DNA from: Nitrospirota bacterium
GTDB lineage: Bacteria; Nitrospirota; UBA9217
Assembly (NCBI GenBank): GCA_963749655.1
Contig: CAVVOB010000028.1
Coordinates: 224,001-288,000 of the forward strand
Direction: 5' to 3'
DNA length: 64,000 nucleotides
The notes below the pieces were generated by a model, which was given only the letters and a program-made list of their open reading frames with translations, was not told the DNA's origin and made no database searches. Of the stretch, positions 50,489 to 62,430 are shown piece after piece. The stretch's first letter is position 1. The number at the start of each line of letters is the position of its first letter. The translations under genes were made by a program, and so were the position numbers.

Positions 50489-52518
50489 ATGAAAATCATG
50501 CTCGACAAGGACAGTTCGGAGCTGCTCAGGACGCTCGACGTGTTGGGAATGCCCGCGTTCATCGTGGACCGCCAGTGGACCGTCCTGTCGTGCAACGACA
50601 GCGTCCATGCCTTTTTCGAATACGACCGCTCCGATCTCATCGGACGAAGCCTTGAAAAATTCATCACCCTCGACAGTATTCTCCGCGAACGCGCGGCAGC
50701 CGGGTCGTCGCCGGCCGTGGAAGCCGCGCTTGACGGCGAATCGTCGTCGTCCCTCCGTTCGTTCTGCTTCCGGAAGAACAGCAGCCCGGCCCTGTCCCGC
50801 ATCGCCATCATTCCCAACCGCCGCCACCGGCCCGACCGCATGATCGTCGTGGTCCGCGACGCTTCGAGCCAGACGATCCAGTCCGCAGAGCCCGCGCCTG
50901 CCCCCCCGCGGGAAAGCGCTGCGCAGGGGGAGCTCATCAATGAGCTCTCGGGCATCATCAATTCCAGCCTGAGCATCGGGACCATCTTCCGCATGGTCGT
51001 GTCCGAGCTCCGGAAGATAATGCACTACAGCAGGGCCAGCCTGCTTCTGTACAGTGAAAAGGACGACAATCTCATGATCTTCGCCCTGGACACGGACATG
51101 AAGACGGTGATGAAAAAGGGGTGAAGGCCCCCATCGAGGGCACCAGCGCGGGATGGGTCGTCCGGAACAACAGGCCCTGGATCAGCTATGACCTGCAGGA
51201 GACGGCCTTTGCTCTCGACCGGAAGCTCCTTGCCGAGGGCATCCGCTCGACCATCAGCATTCCCCTGTTCCACGACCGCATGCTGGGGGTCTTCAACTTC
51301 GACAGCACCGCGCCTTCGCAGTACTCGGAAAAGGACTTCGACATCCTGCTGCCCGTGGCCAAGCAGATCGCCATCGCCCTCGAAAACGCCCTGCTCTTTG
51401 AAGAGATCTCCCGGGAAAAAAAGGAATGGGAGCGGACCTTCGATGCGATCACTGACCTGGTCTGGATCGAGGACGGCCGGCAGCGCGTGATACGCGCGAA
51501 CCACGCCCTTCTTGCAAGGACCGGCTTTTCCAAGGTTGAGCTCAGCGACAAGCTCTGCGCCGAACTGCTGGACAGGATCGGCATCGCCGTACCAGGCCCC
51601 TGCCTCTGCTCCGAAACGCTGTCCTGCAAGAGGCCGTCGTTCCAGGAGCTGAAGAGCAATACAGGCGGGATCTTCCATTTCTGGGCTTATCCGCTCATCG
51701 ACGAGGAAGGCAGCCTCTACGCCATCGTCCATTACCTCAAGGACGTGACGTCGCAGAAGCGCATCGAGCAGCAGCTCATCCGCACGGACAAGCTCGCCTC
51801 CCTCGGCACGCTCGTCGCAGGCGTCGCGCACGAGATCAACAATCCCCTGGGAATCATCGCCGGCTACGCCGAAGCGCTCCTGGACCGGGCCGGCGACGCC
51901 GATCTTGCGCGGGTCAAAGCGTTCGAGGATTTCCCCGAATACCTGAGGACCATCCACAGCGAGATCTTCCGGTGCAAAGGCATCCTGAAAAGCCTGCTCG
52001 AGTTCGCCCGGCCGTCGGGCGGGACTTTCCGCGAGATCGACATCAACGAGCTGATCAAGGAAGTGCTGCTCCTGCTCCAGCACCGGACGTCCCGCCTGAA
52101 GCACTCCCTCGCGTTGGACCTGAACCGCGATCTGCCCAAGATCTATGCCGATGCCGGGAGCCTTCGCCAGCTCCTGATGAACCTCCTGCTGAATGCCATC
52201 TACTTCACGCCCGAAGGCGGAAGCATCTTCATCAGGACCGCTCTCGACGACGGCATTCCGGACGCCAGGTTCGACGGCTGCCCGAGCAGGGTCCGTCTCT
52301 CCGTGACCGACACCGGCGCCGGAATACCGGGGGACCTGATCGCCCGTGTCTTCGACCCCTTTTTCACGACCAAGCCCGTGGGTGAAGGCACCGGCCTGGG
52401 CCTCACCATCTGCCACCGCATCGTGGAGGAGCACGGCGGCGCCATCGACGTGGAAAGCGAGCCCGGCAAGGGCGCAACCTTCCTCATCACGCTGCCGTCG
52501 ATCGAGTGCAGGGAGTGA
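50489..52518 (+). CDS. PAS-GAF-PAS sensor histidine kinase (frameshift near 51120)
   Basis: AHEINNPL, NLLLNA, DTGAGI, FFTTKPVGEGTGLGL. Confidence 0.9.
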
Positions 52519-52552
52519 TACGAAGTAAGATTGCATGGTCAAACACGCGTGT

Positions 52553-52629
52553 CACCGCGGAGGTCGACCGGGGACGCAGCTGACGAAATTGCTGAAGGGT
52601 TACCTCTGCGATTTCTCGTGCTCTGCGGT
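52553..52629. repeat. Degenerate 9-nt periodic palindrome (CGCAGAG family)
   Basis: CACCGCGGAG...CTCTGCG..CTCGTGCTCTGCGGT. Confidence 0.5.
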
Positions 52630-52674
52630 ACGAAGTCGATGTGTTTTGATGTTGGTGAAACGAAGCGCCTTACT

Positions 52675-54005
52675 ATGATCAACATTCTTGCTATCGACGA
52701 TGAAGAACCCTTTCGCCGGCTCCTCGAAAAGAGCTGGCCCGCAAGGGGTATGCCGTGGAAGTGGCGGCCGACGGGAACGAGGCGCTGCGCGTCCTGCGCG
52801 ATCGCGTGTTCGACGTGATCCTCCTCGATGTGGTCATGCCCGGCGTGGACGGCATTTCCCTCATGAAGAAGATGAAAGAGGACCCCGGCGCGCCGGCGAT
52901 CATCGTGCTGACCGGCAAGGCCACGGTCGAGACCGCCGTGGAAGCGATGAAGAACGGGGCCTACGACTACCTCACCAAGCCCTACAAGCTCGATGAGCTG
53001 GCGATCGTGATCGACCGCGCCTACGAGTTCAGCAGGCTGTCCGTCAAGAGCAAGCTGCTCGAACAGGAGCTGGTCCGTCAGGAAGAGCCCTTTGCCTTTG
53101 TCGGCAAAAGCAGGCCGGTCCAGGAGATCCTCGCGCTCATTCAAAAGGTCGCCCCCACGGACTCGGCGGTCCTCATCCAGGGCGAGAGCGGAACGGGCAA
53201 GGAGATGGTCGCCAACACGGTCTGGCATTACAGCCAGCGCAAGAACGCGCCCTTCATCGCCCTGAACTGCGCCACGCTGTCGGAGAACCTGATCGAGAGC
53301 GAGATCTTCGGCCACGAGAAGGGATCCTTCACGAACGCCTATCAGCAGAAGCACGGGCTCGTCGAGGTCGCCGACAGGGGGACCCTGTTCCTGGACGAGA
53401 TCAGCGAGATGCCCGTCCCGCTCCAGGCAAAGCTCCTCCGGTTCCTCGATGCCGGCGAGTTCCGGCGCGTGGGCGGAACCAAGACCCTCCGCACCGACGT
53501 GCGGGTGGTCGCAGCAACCAACAGAGACCTGGGAGCGCTGATCCGCAACAACGGATTCCGCGAGGACCTGTACTACCGCCTGAACGTGATCAACATCACC
53601 ATCCCGCCCCTCCGGGAGCGGAAGGAGGACGTTGAGCTCCTGGCCCGGCATTTTCTCGAGCGGTACGCAAAAAAGCTTGCCAAGCCCGTGTCCGCCTTCA
53701 CCACCGAGGCGTTGGAGCTGCTGACGGCCTATCGCTGGCCCGGCAACGTGCGGGAGCTCGAGAACGTCATCGAGCGGGCCGTGATCGTCTGCGAGACCGG
53801 GACCATCGGCGCGGAAGACATCTCCATCTCTTCCTATGCGGCTGCCGGGGAGATCAGCGTCAATCCCTCGCTCGAGGAAATGGAAAAGACCTACATCCTC
53901 CGGGTCCTGAAGGAAACGAGCGGCAACCAGTCCAAGGCGAGCCAGCTCCTCGGCATCGATCGGAAGACGCTCTACCTCAAGCTGAAGAAGTACGGGATCA
54001 GCTGA
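52675..54005 (+). CDS. NtrC-family sigma54 response regulator (frameshift near 52730)
   Basis: IDDE, GESGTGKE, GHEKGSFTNA, WPGNVRELEN, Fis HTH. Confidence 0.93.
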
Positions 54006-54215
54006 TACTGTTTTCAGCATAGTTTATTAACGGCTACGGATAAATAAGAACCCACCTTTGCCGCAAAAAAGCACCTAAGGCGCAAAATAGGATCTGAATT
54101 AAACACGGGATTTTTTATGCGCATTTTGTGATTTATGTGGCTATAAAGACTTGTTCCGTTTCTGTAAAGGTGCAAATCCGTTCTGTGACGGGATAGGCAG
54201 TGAAGGTGAACCATC

Positions 54216-55071
54216 GTGAGTCTCGGTTTTTCCTGTGACACGGCGCTGGTCGTGGAAGGCGGCGGCATGCGCGGCATTTTTTCGACCGGCCTGCTCGACG
54301 GCTTCCTGGAGCACCAGTTCGACCCCTTCCTTATGTACGTGGGCGTGTCTGCAGGCGCCACCAGCATCGCGGCCTTTCTCGCCGGAATGCACGGCCGCAA
54401 CAAAAAGATCTACACCGATCTTTCCGTTCGCCCCGAGTTCATCAGTCTGTGGCGGTTCCTGCGCGGCGGCCATCTCATGGACCTGGACTGGCTCTGGAAT
54501 CTCACGATCTCGCGCATGCGGCTCGATCTTCCGAAGATCTACGGCAAGAACAAACCCTTCCTCGTCGGCATGACGTCCGTGGAAACGGGCAGGCCTCTAT
54601 TCAAGGAGACCGATGCAGGCAATCTCGAACAGGTGCTCAAGGCGTCGAGCGCCTTGCCTGTCTTCTACCGCGGCTTCCTCACCATCGACCATCAGCAGAT
54701 GACCGACGGCGGGGTATCGGACCCCATCCCCGTCGGCGAGGCCCTGCGCCGCGGCGCAACGCGCATCATGGTAGTCCGGTCACCGGCCGCTGGGCTTCCG
54801 CGGTAAAATCGATCCGTTGTCGTCGCTCGTACAATGGCGCCTGCGCAGCCACCCGGCGCTCCGGCTGGCCTTGATCAATCATGACCGGATCTACAGCGAA
54901 GCAGTCGAGCTCATTCGCAAACCGCCTGCGGGCGTGTCCATGATCGAGGTCTGCCCGCCCGACGACTTCCGGCCTGCGCGGTTTACGCGCGACGCCGCTG
55001 TGCTGAGCGAGGGATACGAGCAGGGACGGGCAATGGCGACGGCCGCGATTGCCCGGTGGAAGCAATCATAA
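54216..55071 (+). CDS. Patatin-like phospholipase (frameshift near 54785)
   Basis: EGGGMRG, GVSAG, DGG. Confidence 0.85.
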
Positions 55072-55081
55072 GGAGAAACAC

Positions 55082-56257
55082 GTGTTCAGTATCACTCTGA
55101 TATCAGCGTTCACCTTTGCCCACGTTTATGTTCTGTGGCGCGCAGCGTCCGTGCCGCTTCTCAGGCCCTCCTTGACGCGGAAACGGCTCGTGGCAGGCGG
55201 GGTCTTCCTCTGGCTGCTGTTCGCGGCCGCGTTTTTTTACGGACACGGCAGTCCGCGTGCGTTCGGGCCGATAGTCGAGCTTGCGGGCATGACCTGGTTG
55301 GGCGCAGTGCTCCTGACCGGAGTTTCGCTGCTCGCCGTCGATCTTGTCACGGGCTTCGGGTTGGCTCTGCCGCGCCTTGCGCCGACCCTGCGCGGAGCGG
55401 CCCTCGTCTGGGGGCTCGTCCTGTCCGTGATCGCCACGGTCCAGGGCACCCGCGCTCCCCTGATCGGGAATTATGAGGTCGAACTCCCGGGGATCCCTCC
55501 CCGGCTGGACGGCACGGTGATCATCGGCCTTTCGGACCTGCACATCGGCGCGACGCTGGATGGGGAATGGCTTGCCAGACGCGTTGCCCAGGTCCAGGCT
55601 GAAAAACCGGACATGATCGTCCTGCTCGGCGACATCTTCGAAGGCCACGGCCGTCCTGCAAATGAACTTATAGAAATATTCAAGGGGCTCAAGGCTCCGA
55701 TGGGCGTGTGGGCCGTACTGGGCAATCACGAGCTGCACGGCAGAGAGGTCTTCGCCGGCCGGCTGCTCCAGGCCGCAGGCATCGCTGTTCTGCGGAATGA
55801 ACGTACGACGATCCGGCCCGGACTTGTGCTGGCAGGCGTGGATGATCTCACTACGAACTATCGCTCCGGGGCGAACAGCGATCTTGTCGCCAGGGCCCTT
55901 GCGACTCCGTCGGCCGGCGCTACGATACTCCTGTCGCATACGCCCTGGAAAGCCGACCGGGCCGCACAAGCAGGCGCAGAGCTCATGCTCTGCGGCCATA
56001 CCCACGGCGGTCAGCTTTGGCCCTTCGGCTACCCCGTCAGGCTGTTCTATCCTCTGCTCGCGGGACAATACGACGTGGACGGCATGACCGTGATCGTGTC
56101 CCGCGGCGCCGGCACCTGGGGTCCGCGCATGCGGTTGTGGCGGCCCGGGGAGATCATTCGCGTGACGTTGAGGACGGGGAATACGAGGGTCCGGCCGGTG
56201 CCGGAAAAGGCGAAAGAGGAGCAGGGGCGCCCACTTCGGCATTTGGTAGCACGATGA
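55082..56257 (+). CDS. Membrane-anchored metallophosphoesterase (YkuE-like)
   Basis: SDLH, GD, GNHE, SH, GHTHGGQ; N-terminal TM helices. Confidence 0.9.
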   Translation: MFSITLISAFTFAHVYVLWRAASVPLLRPSLTRKRLVAGGVFLWLLFAAAFFYGHGSPRAFGPIVELAGMTWLGAVLLTGVSLLAVDLVTGFGLALPRLAPTLRGAALVWGLVLSVIATVQGTRAPLIGNYEVELPGIPPRLDGTVIIGLSDLHIGATLDGEWLARRVAQVQAEKPDMIVLLGDIFEGHGRPANELIEIFKGLKAPMGVWAVLGNHELHGREVFAGRLLQAAGIAVLRNERTTIRPGLVLAGVDDLTTNYRSGANSDLVARALATPSAGATILLSHTPWKADRAAQAGAELMLCGHTHGGQLWPFGYPVRLFYPLLAGQYDVDGMTVIVSRGAGTWGPRMRLWRPGEIIRVTLRTGNTRVRPVPEKAKEEQGRPLRHLVAR

Positions 56258-56467
56258 GTAAATCACCATCAAGGCGGGACCTGCGCTGCTTCCCGGACAC
56301 CGCCTTCACTTCTGCGCGATTTCCCCTGTACGGCGCTTGCTGATCTCAGCGAAAAATATTCAGGTCCTCCGTCTTGACACAGATCGCAATATCCCTATAA
56401 TCAAAATACTCATAAACGCCCCCATACCCTGCCGTCCAGCGGCATCGATGATAAAGGAGGCATTGCG

Positions 56468-56893
56468 ATGCAGCAACTGCAAGCTCTGGCCTTGTCTATC
56501 GTATTTTTTATATTGTTCTTTGCATCGGTCCCGGGAAACGCCGACGCTGACATCACAGCACCGGGACATACGATCTCGATCCGGTTTCCGGCTTTTTCCC
56601 TCACGCCGGGCCAGAAAATCTCGGGCTTCAAGCTGAAGTCCTCCCGGGGACGGCTTCAGAGTTCCTGCCTGCCTTCGCGTTGGACCTGCGAAAATCAGGG
56701 TAAAACACTTCACTGCTTTACCATTCATCCGTCCTATGCCACTGCGATGACCGGCAGGCTGCCGGAGATCTTTGTCAGAGACCTGCCTGCAAGCGGGTCG
56801 CAACTGACCATCGAGGCTTCAATCGAATATCTTGAAGGAGACGGTTCGGAACGTTCCGGGGAATTCAAGGAGTCCGACCTGATCATAAAATAG
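56468..56893 (+). CDS. Secreted hypothetical protein
   Basis: AAAGGAGG RBS; signal peptide. Confidence 0.65.
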   Translation: MQQLQALALSIVFFILFFASVPGNADADITAPGHTISIRFPAFSLTPGQKISGFKLKSSRGRLQSSCLPSRWTCENQGKTLHCFTIHPSYATAMTGRLPEIFVRDLPASGSQLTIEASIEYLEGDGSERSGEFKESDLIIK

Positions 56894-57137
56894 GGTTGCT
56901 GGCTCGGTACTCACCCAGCAAAAAAATGAACGCCTCCATTGCAAAAAAACATACTCGGGATTGACCGAATGTTGCACAATGATGCTTAGCTCCGCCTCAA
57001 TTCGCATACCCTAAAAATACCCCATCGAAAGAATTGACTTCTGCCCGCGACATAATATACAGTTCAGTCTCAATCAGATAATTTCGCGAAGCGACTTCTG
57101 AATTTCCCTTGAAGTATCAATATACTCATAGGCGGCT

Positions 57138-58042
57138 ATGAAAAGAAAAACCATATTGATCGTCGAAGACGACAAGGATGTCGCCCGGTATTATTCGGCG
57201 ATCTTTGAGGAAAAGTACGAGGTCATAGTTACCTTCTCCGGCAGGCATGCCCTGAGGCGTTTGAATCAACTCCCCGAAACGCATCTCGCAATCATTGACT
57301 ACAGGCTCCCGGATATTTCCGGCCTCGACGTTCTGAGGGAGATTAAAAAATGCCGGCCCTCCGTGCCGGTCATCCTGGTAACAGCGTATGGGGACGAGAA
57401 TGTGGCAGTTAAAGCGCTGCGATACGGAGCTAAGGACTATATCAAAAAGCCCGTTGCATACGACGACCTCTTGGAAAGAGTCGAATTTTTCCTGTCACTG
57501 CACAATGCGGAAAAAAAAGAGCGTAAATCAGTATGCCCGGAAGAACATCATGCCGCGCCTGCGCCGCTGAAAGACATTGCGTCTTGTCGACAGTTGAATT
57601 ATATTGACGCACAATTCCACAAGCCACGGAGAATCTTTGCGAGTAATGGAACGGCACCTTGTTCGTTCGATCATTCAAAAATTAAAAAAGCGCTTCAATT
57701 CATCGACGATAACTTCACGATAAAGATCAGTCTTGAGTCAGTGGCGGAAAAAGCCTGTTTGTCCCGGTATCACTTCTCGCGCGCATTCAAGAGAGCGACG
57801 GGCATTACGTATCAGGAATATCTTACGATGCGCCGGGTCGAGCAGGCGAAAAAGCTGTTAATGGATCCCGGCGGAGCATCACGGAAATCGCGCATTCTCT
57901 CGGCTACGATGATATGAACAACCTTATAAGAAACTTCAAAAAGCACACCGGCCTCACTCCCTCTGAATTCAGAAACGGCGTACTTCTTTCCAACTCCATC
58001 AGTGTTCATACTGGCCCAGGAGAGGTATTTTCCAGGAAGTAG
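57138..58042 (+). CDS. Response regulator, REC + AraC HTH (frameshift near 57880)
   Basis: IVEDD, DYRLP, KKP; SLESVAE..CLSRYHFSR.FK; second frame LGY..FKKHTGLTPSEFR. Confidence 0.85.
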
Positions 58043-58355
58043 GGACCTCTGATTTACAGGTGTCCGCAAAAAGCCGTCAACCCTCATAAACATGTTCCGT
58101 TCAGCTCTCCTCTTCTCTTCCTCCAAGCAATAACAGCAATAAAAGCCTGAAAAAAAGCAACATTAGCCGAGACAGGAATGCAGAAATAATATGATAATGC
58201 AAACTGATGCGGAAGGCTCTATCGTTTTTATCATGGTTCGACATGAGATGTCGGTTGCGGAAATGGCATTACTTGAAAGAAAGGAGGGCGGGATTACGCT
58301 GCGATAGAAAAAATCTAGCTCAATTTTATATTCCGAATCTAAAAAGGAGACAACC

Positions 58356-59402
58356 ATGCGTAAAACAGTATTGATCCTTAGTATCGCTGTGCTATCCCTA
58401 TTTGTCACTTCGGTCGTTATTGCCGCAACCTGGACAATTCCGGCGAATGTGAAGATTGTGCAAAAAACAGCTGCTTCTGGTGTTTATACTTCAATCCGGG
58501 CAGCGCTCGCTTCGATACCAGCTGGCTCTCCGTCAGCAGACAATCCCTTTGTGATAAAAGTCATGCCAGGAGTCTACGATGAAGGCCAAATAAATATGAG
58601 ATCCTATGTCGATATCGAAGGCATGGGCCGGGAGAGCACCATCATCAACTCGGATGTAAGCAATGTCGACTTTGATACCTGCACGGCCGGAACGATCGTC
58701 ATGGCGCCTAACAGTGCAATCAGAAATCTCAGAGTAAAAAATTACGCCGCTACGCAGAATCTTGCTGCCGGCATAGTCTTTAATAATGTCGAGGCAAAGG
58801 CCGAAATGATCGACGTCTCCGTAGGAGATTCCGACACCTTTAACGCAAGAAATGCGGGCATTTGTTCCACAGGAACTCAGGGACATGCCATTCTCAACAA
58901 CATCTTCGTTGAAGTCCACAACGCCACTGACGGACACTCCAATCCTATCATGGCTCTCGCTGACGGAAACGTGACGCTTTCAAACTCAAAGCTCCTTGCG
59001 TTTTCCACCGGCGATATCGGAGATATTTATGCGATAGACTGTGTTTATGGAAACGGGCTTGGAACAGTTAAAGTTGATAATAGTTATATTGAAGGAACGG
59101 CTGGGACCGGAGTTGTTACGATGTTGCATATTGATGACTGCAAGGCGTCCATTTCGGACTCTATTCTCAACCCACTCAATGGAGGCTGGATAGGTACTGT
59201 AACAGCACGTTATGATTTTAGTATTGTAAACACACAAATTTTCACGGGACCTGGCGGGACCAGCATTAGCTGGGCGGCTAGTGGGACTGCGAAGATTGCC
59301 AACAACTTGATTCAAGGCGGTTTGGGCAGTATCGATAATTTGTCTAATATGAAGCTTTTCAATAATTATGATGAAAATTTTAACATGATTCCGAATCAAT
59401 AG
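58356..59402 (+). CDS. Secreted pectin-lyase-like beta-helix protein
   Basis: Signal peptide; YTSI..AL, IKVMPGVY.E, IEG.G.ESTII; Asn/Ile-rich; lower GC. Confidence 0.7.
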   Translation: MRKTVLILSIAVLSLFVTSVVIAATWTIPANVKIVQKTAASGVYTSIRAALASIPAGSPSADNPFVIKVMPGVYDEGQINMRSYVDIEGMGRESTIINSDVSNVDFDTCTAGTIVMAPNSAIRNLRVKNYAATQNLAAGIVFNNVEAKAEMIDVSVGDSDTFNARNAGICSTGTQGHAILNNIFVEVHNATDGHSNPIMALADGNVTLSNSKLLAFSTGDIGDIYAIDCVYGNGLGTVKVDNSYIEGTAGTGVVTMLHIDDCKASISDSILNPLNGGWIGTVTARYDFSIVNTQIFTGPGGTSISWAASGTAKIANNLIQGGLGSIDNLSNMKLFNNYDENFNMIPNQ

Positions 59403-59411
59403 GTCTCAAGT

Positions 59412-59447
59412 GGGACCGGCTGCACATTGACGAATACAGCCGGTCCC
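59412..59447. terminator. Hairpin between convergent genes
   Basis: GGGACCGGCTG...CAGCCGGTCCC. Confidence 0.6.
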
Positions 59448-59494
59448 CGATCTTTAGCATACAATAAATTAACGGCCACACCTTCTTTCGAAAA

Positions 59495-60369
59495 TCAAAC
59501 AGAGATTGTCATCCTTACCTCAACCGCCTGCCTGTCCAGTTCCTCACCAATGACCACCATCCTGCTGCTCCCGATTTCCCTCTCGAAAACTACCTTGTCC
59601 ACTCTGCCGTAGGTGCTGTCGAACCGCCACGGTCCCTCCTGCGTGTTGACGAGTGCCTTTGCCCGGGCAACTGATCCGAAACGGTCCTTTCGACAGTTCT
59701 TCGAAAAAGTGCGGTGAAATCCGCCAGTGCCGGTCTGTTCTTGACTGCGAACGACAGGGTCTCGAAATGAACATGACAGTCATCAGACCGGATATCGCGC
59801 TTCCGAGGCGCTCGGGAAGGGCGCTGCTGATCGTGGCATTTCTGTACGAAACAGAACTGCGCGGGGATTGAGGGAGGCGATCAGCTGCTCTGCTTTGTCG
59901 ATAGCGGTCGCATCTGCAAGGTCCACCTTGTTCACCGCGATGACGTCGGCATTAACGATCTGTTCCTCGAAAAAACTACCGTACATGCCTGATTCAAAGA
60001 GCTCGGCGAATTCGACGGCGTCGACGATGCCCACGACCGATGCAGGGCCTGTTCCCGCGCTTTCCAACGCTTCGAGCACGCCGGAAGGCGAGGCCACGCC
60101 GCTCGGCTCGATCATCAGGTGGTCGGGCGCAAACTGGTTCACGATCCGCTTGATCGTGGTGATCAGATCGAATTTGAGCGTGCAGCAGACGCAGCCGCTC
60201 GGAAGCTCGACTGACTCGATACCGCAGCGGAAAAAATCTCTCCGTCGATGCCGGCCTGGCCGAAGTCGTTCACGAGCACGACAGTCTTCTCCGTGCGGTC
60301 CCTCAGGTAGTTTCTGATGAACGTCGTCTTGCCTGAACCCAGGAGCCCGCATACAATGGTCGTCTTCAT
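59495..60369 (-). CDS. CobW/COG0523 metallochaperone GTPase (frameshifted)
   Basis: GLLGSGKTT, VNDFG, GCVCC, EPSG, NKVD; C-terminal RAK..MVVIG. Confidence 0.85.
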
Positions 60370-60749
60370 GCTGTCTTCAAGTGCAACGATGATGCCACGT
60401 CGTTTGGTCAGTGATGACATCAAGCAGCAAGGGCATCAACAGAAGGCCGGCCTCCTGCAATGGCTGATCAAAGACGCATAAACAGTTACAGCGCACTGAG
60501 GCAAAACGCCCCGTGTCGTGGGGAATTTTTCATCTATCTTCCAGATGAAGAAGTTCTCAAGTTCTGAATGCATGCCCGCACAGAGCGTTGTTCTGTTTCT
60601 CCGCAACCTGCTGTCTCCTTCGCCGCAGACGCAAACTCAATAACATCAGTACGATCGACCAAGACGAACCTCTTGGCCATTCCCGAAAGACCTATAAGGC
60701 AAAGACCTCGGCCTGACAGAGCGCATCTCTGCAATGTATGATTTATTGC

Positions 60750-60765
60750 TGGCATTGCAGTTGCA
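60750..60765 (+). promoter_or_regulatory. Sigma54 (-24/-12) promoter
   Basis: TGGCATTGCAGTTGCA: GG-N10-GC, matches TGGCA-N6-TTGCA. Confidence 0.75.
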
Positions 60766-60780
60766 GAATACTGCATTGCA

Positions 60781-61113
60781 ATGAAAAACATCCTTCTCTG
60801 TTCCTCAAATCCCATTCTGACCAAGAACCTGTACGCTATCCTGCGCGACGCGGGCTTTACCGTGGAATCTATTGAACATCCTGCTTTTGCAGTACAGAGC
60901 GTGATGACCAAAAAATTCAACGCCGTTATCATCGACTCGGAGCCTTTCGGACTTTCGGCTGAAGACGCGGTCGAGATCATCAGGACCGTCGCTCCCGCGC
61001 TGCCGGTCCTGTTCGTGGGAGAGGATGCCCATGGCGCGATGCCTGCTGCGGAAAGGCCGCTCGATCTCGAAGAGTTGAAGCGAACGATCCGCACCATTGC
61101 TGTTAACGGCTGA
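60781..61113 (+). CDS. Atypical single-domain receiver protein
   Basis: REC-fold pattern; acidic pair replaced by SS, Lys replaced by Arg (ERP). Confidence 0.65.
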   Translation: MKNILLCSSNPILTKNLYAILRDAGFTVESIEHPAFAVQSVMTKKFNAVIIDSEPFGLSAEDAVEIIRTVAPALPVLFVGEDAHGAMPAAERPLDLEELKRTIRTIAVNG

Positions 61114-61137
61114 ATAAAAAGCATGAAGGGAGAGACC

Positions 61138-62166
61138 ATGAAACCAAAGGACGTGCTTTTCAAAGCATTCGAGGGGGGCAAGACCGACCGGCTTCCCGTA
61201 ACCCTGTTCGGAGCGGGGATGTGGAGCATCAAAGGCTGGGGTTCGTCGTTCCAGGAGCTCTCGCAGGATGCGGACAAAATGACGGCGGTGCTCGTCGACA
61301 TGAGCGAGAAGCTCAAGTGCGACGTGGTCTACGCAGGATCAGGGTACAACAACTTCCATGCATCGGCCCTGGGCGGCAGGATCAAATTCCGGGAAATGGG
61401 CGCGCCGGACCTGGAAAACCATTTCGTTTCTTCCGAGGAGGACCTGGCAAAGCTGAATCTTGGCGACCTTGACAAGGATGGGACCATCAAAACCGTGATG
61501 AAGGCGCTACGCCAGACAAAGGCTAAGATCGGCGACAATTATGCCGTCACCCTGACGGCCTGGGGGCCTTTTACACTCGGCGCCCGGCTGGTCGGTGAAG
61601 AGGCGATGATGAAGGCCACGTTCAAAAAGCCCGCCTTTGTCGAGAAGGTCATCGACTTTGCGACGGACATACTGATCCATCTTTATGAGCCGGTGGTCGC
61701 GGACAAGACCCTCGAGCTCATCAGCCTCGCCGATCCCACGGCATCGGGCGACCTTATCTCCCGGAAGCAGTTCGAGAAGTTCGCGGTGCCCGCTCTCAAG
61801 AAGTTTACCGACTGGGCGAAATCCAAGGGCGCCTACACGCTCGTCCATATCTGCGGGAACACGACCGACCGGCTCGACTTGTTTCCGGCAACCGGCGCGT
61901 CCTGCATCAGCCTGGACCACAAGACGGACATGGCGAAAGCGAAAGAAGCGCTCCACGGCAAGATGTGCTTCGGCGGCAACGTGGACCCCGTCAAGATCAT
62001 GCTGAACGGCACCGTCCAGGACGTGGAGAACGCCTGCAAGGACGTTATCAGGACCGCCGGCATGGACGGGGGGTTCGTGCTCATGCCGGGATGCGACATC
62101 CCGCCGACGGTGCCTTATGCGAACATTCAGAAATTAATCCAGGTCGCGTATGAGACAAAGCTGTAG
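61138..62166 (+). CDS. MtaA/CmuA-like (URO-D fold) zinc methyltransferase
   Basis: GPFT, ADPTAS..LIS, HICG, GNVDP, MPGCD: Zn ligands HxC...C. Confidence 0.82.
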   Translation: MKPKDVLFKAFEGGKTDRLPVTLFGAGMWSIKGWGSSFQELSQDADKMTAVLVDMSEKLKCDVVYAGSGYNNFHASALGGRIKFREMGAPDLENHFVSSEEDLAKLNLGDLDKDGTIKTVMKALRQTKAKIGDNYAVTLTAWGPFTLGARLVGEEAMMKATFKKPAFVEKVIDFATDILIHLYEPVVADKTLELISLADPTASGDLISRKQFEKFAVPALKKFTDWAKSKGAYTLVHICGNTTDRLDLFPATGASCISLDHKTDMAKAKEALHGKMCFGGNVDPVKIMLNGTVQDVENACKDVIRTAGMDGGFVLMPGCDIPPTVPYANIQKLIQVAYETKL

Positions 62167-62200
62167 TTGAAGCCATGGATAAAAAACAAAACTTGATTGG

Positions 62201-62300
62201 AACCACAGATGAACACGGGTGCGGTGAAGCCGCACGCACAGATAAAAAAACGCATCTTTCTCTTTAATGATTGACCGTGTGCGGCGAAGCCGCCTGTGGT
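62201..62300. repeat. CACAGAT-type palindrome with two GCGGYGAAGCCGC mini-hairpins
   Basis: ACCACAG...CTGTGGT ends; hairpins at 62221-62233 and 62281-62293. Confidence 0.65.
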
Positions 62301-62430
62301 CGATGACTTCTTTAAAAGGAGGTGACACAGTTCCTAGAAGCGAAAGGAGGTCGATACATTGGGTATCTTGGAAGAGTTGAAAAAACTGTTTTTCCGGTCG
62401 CAATCAGCAACCGGGCAAGGGGAGGCAAAA

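Noticed and set aside
60370-60750. Cobalamin riboswitch between CobW and the methyltransferase operon
   Set aside because: No B12-box or GCCACTG elements found; the region is more likely a sigma54 enhancer
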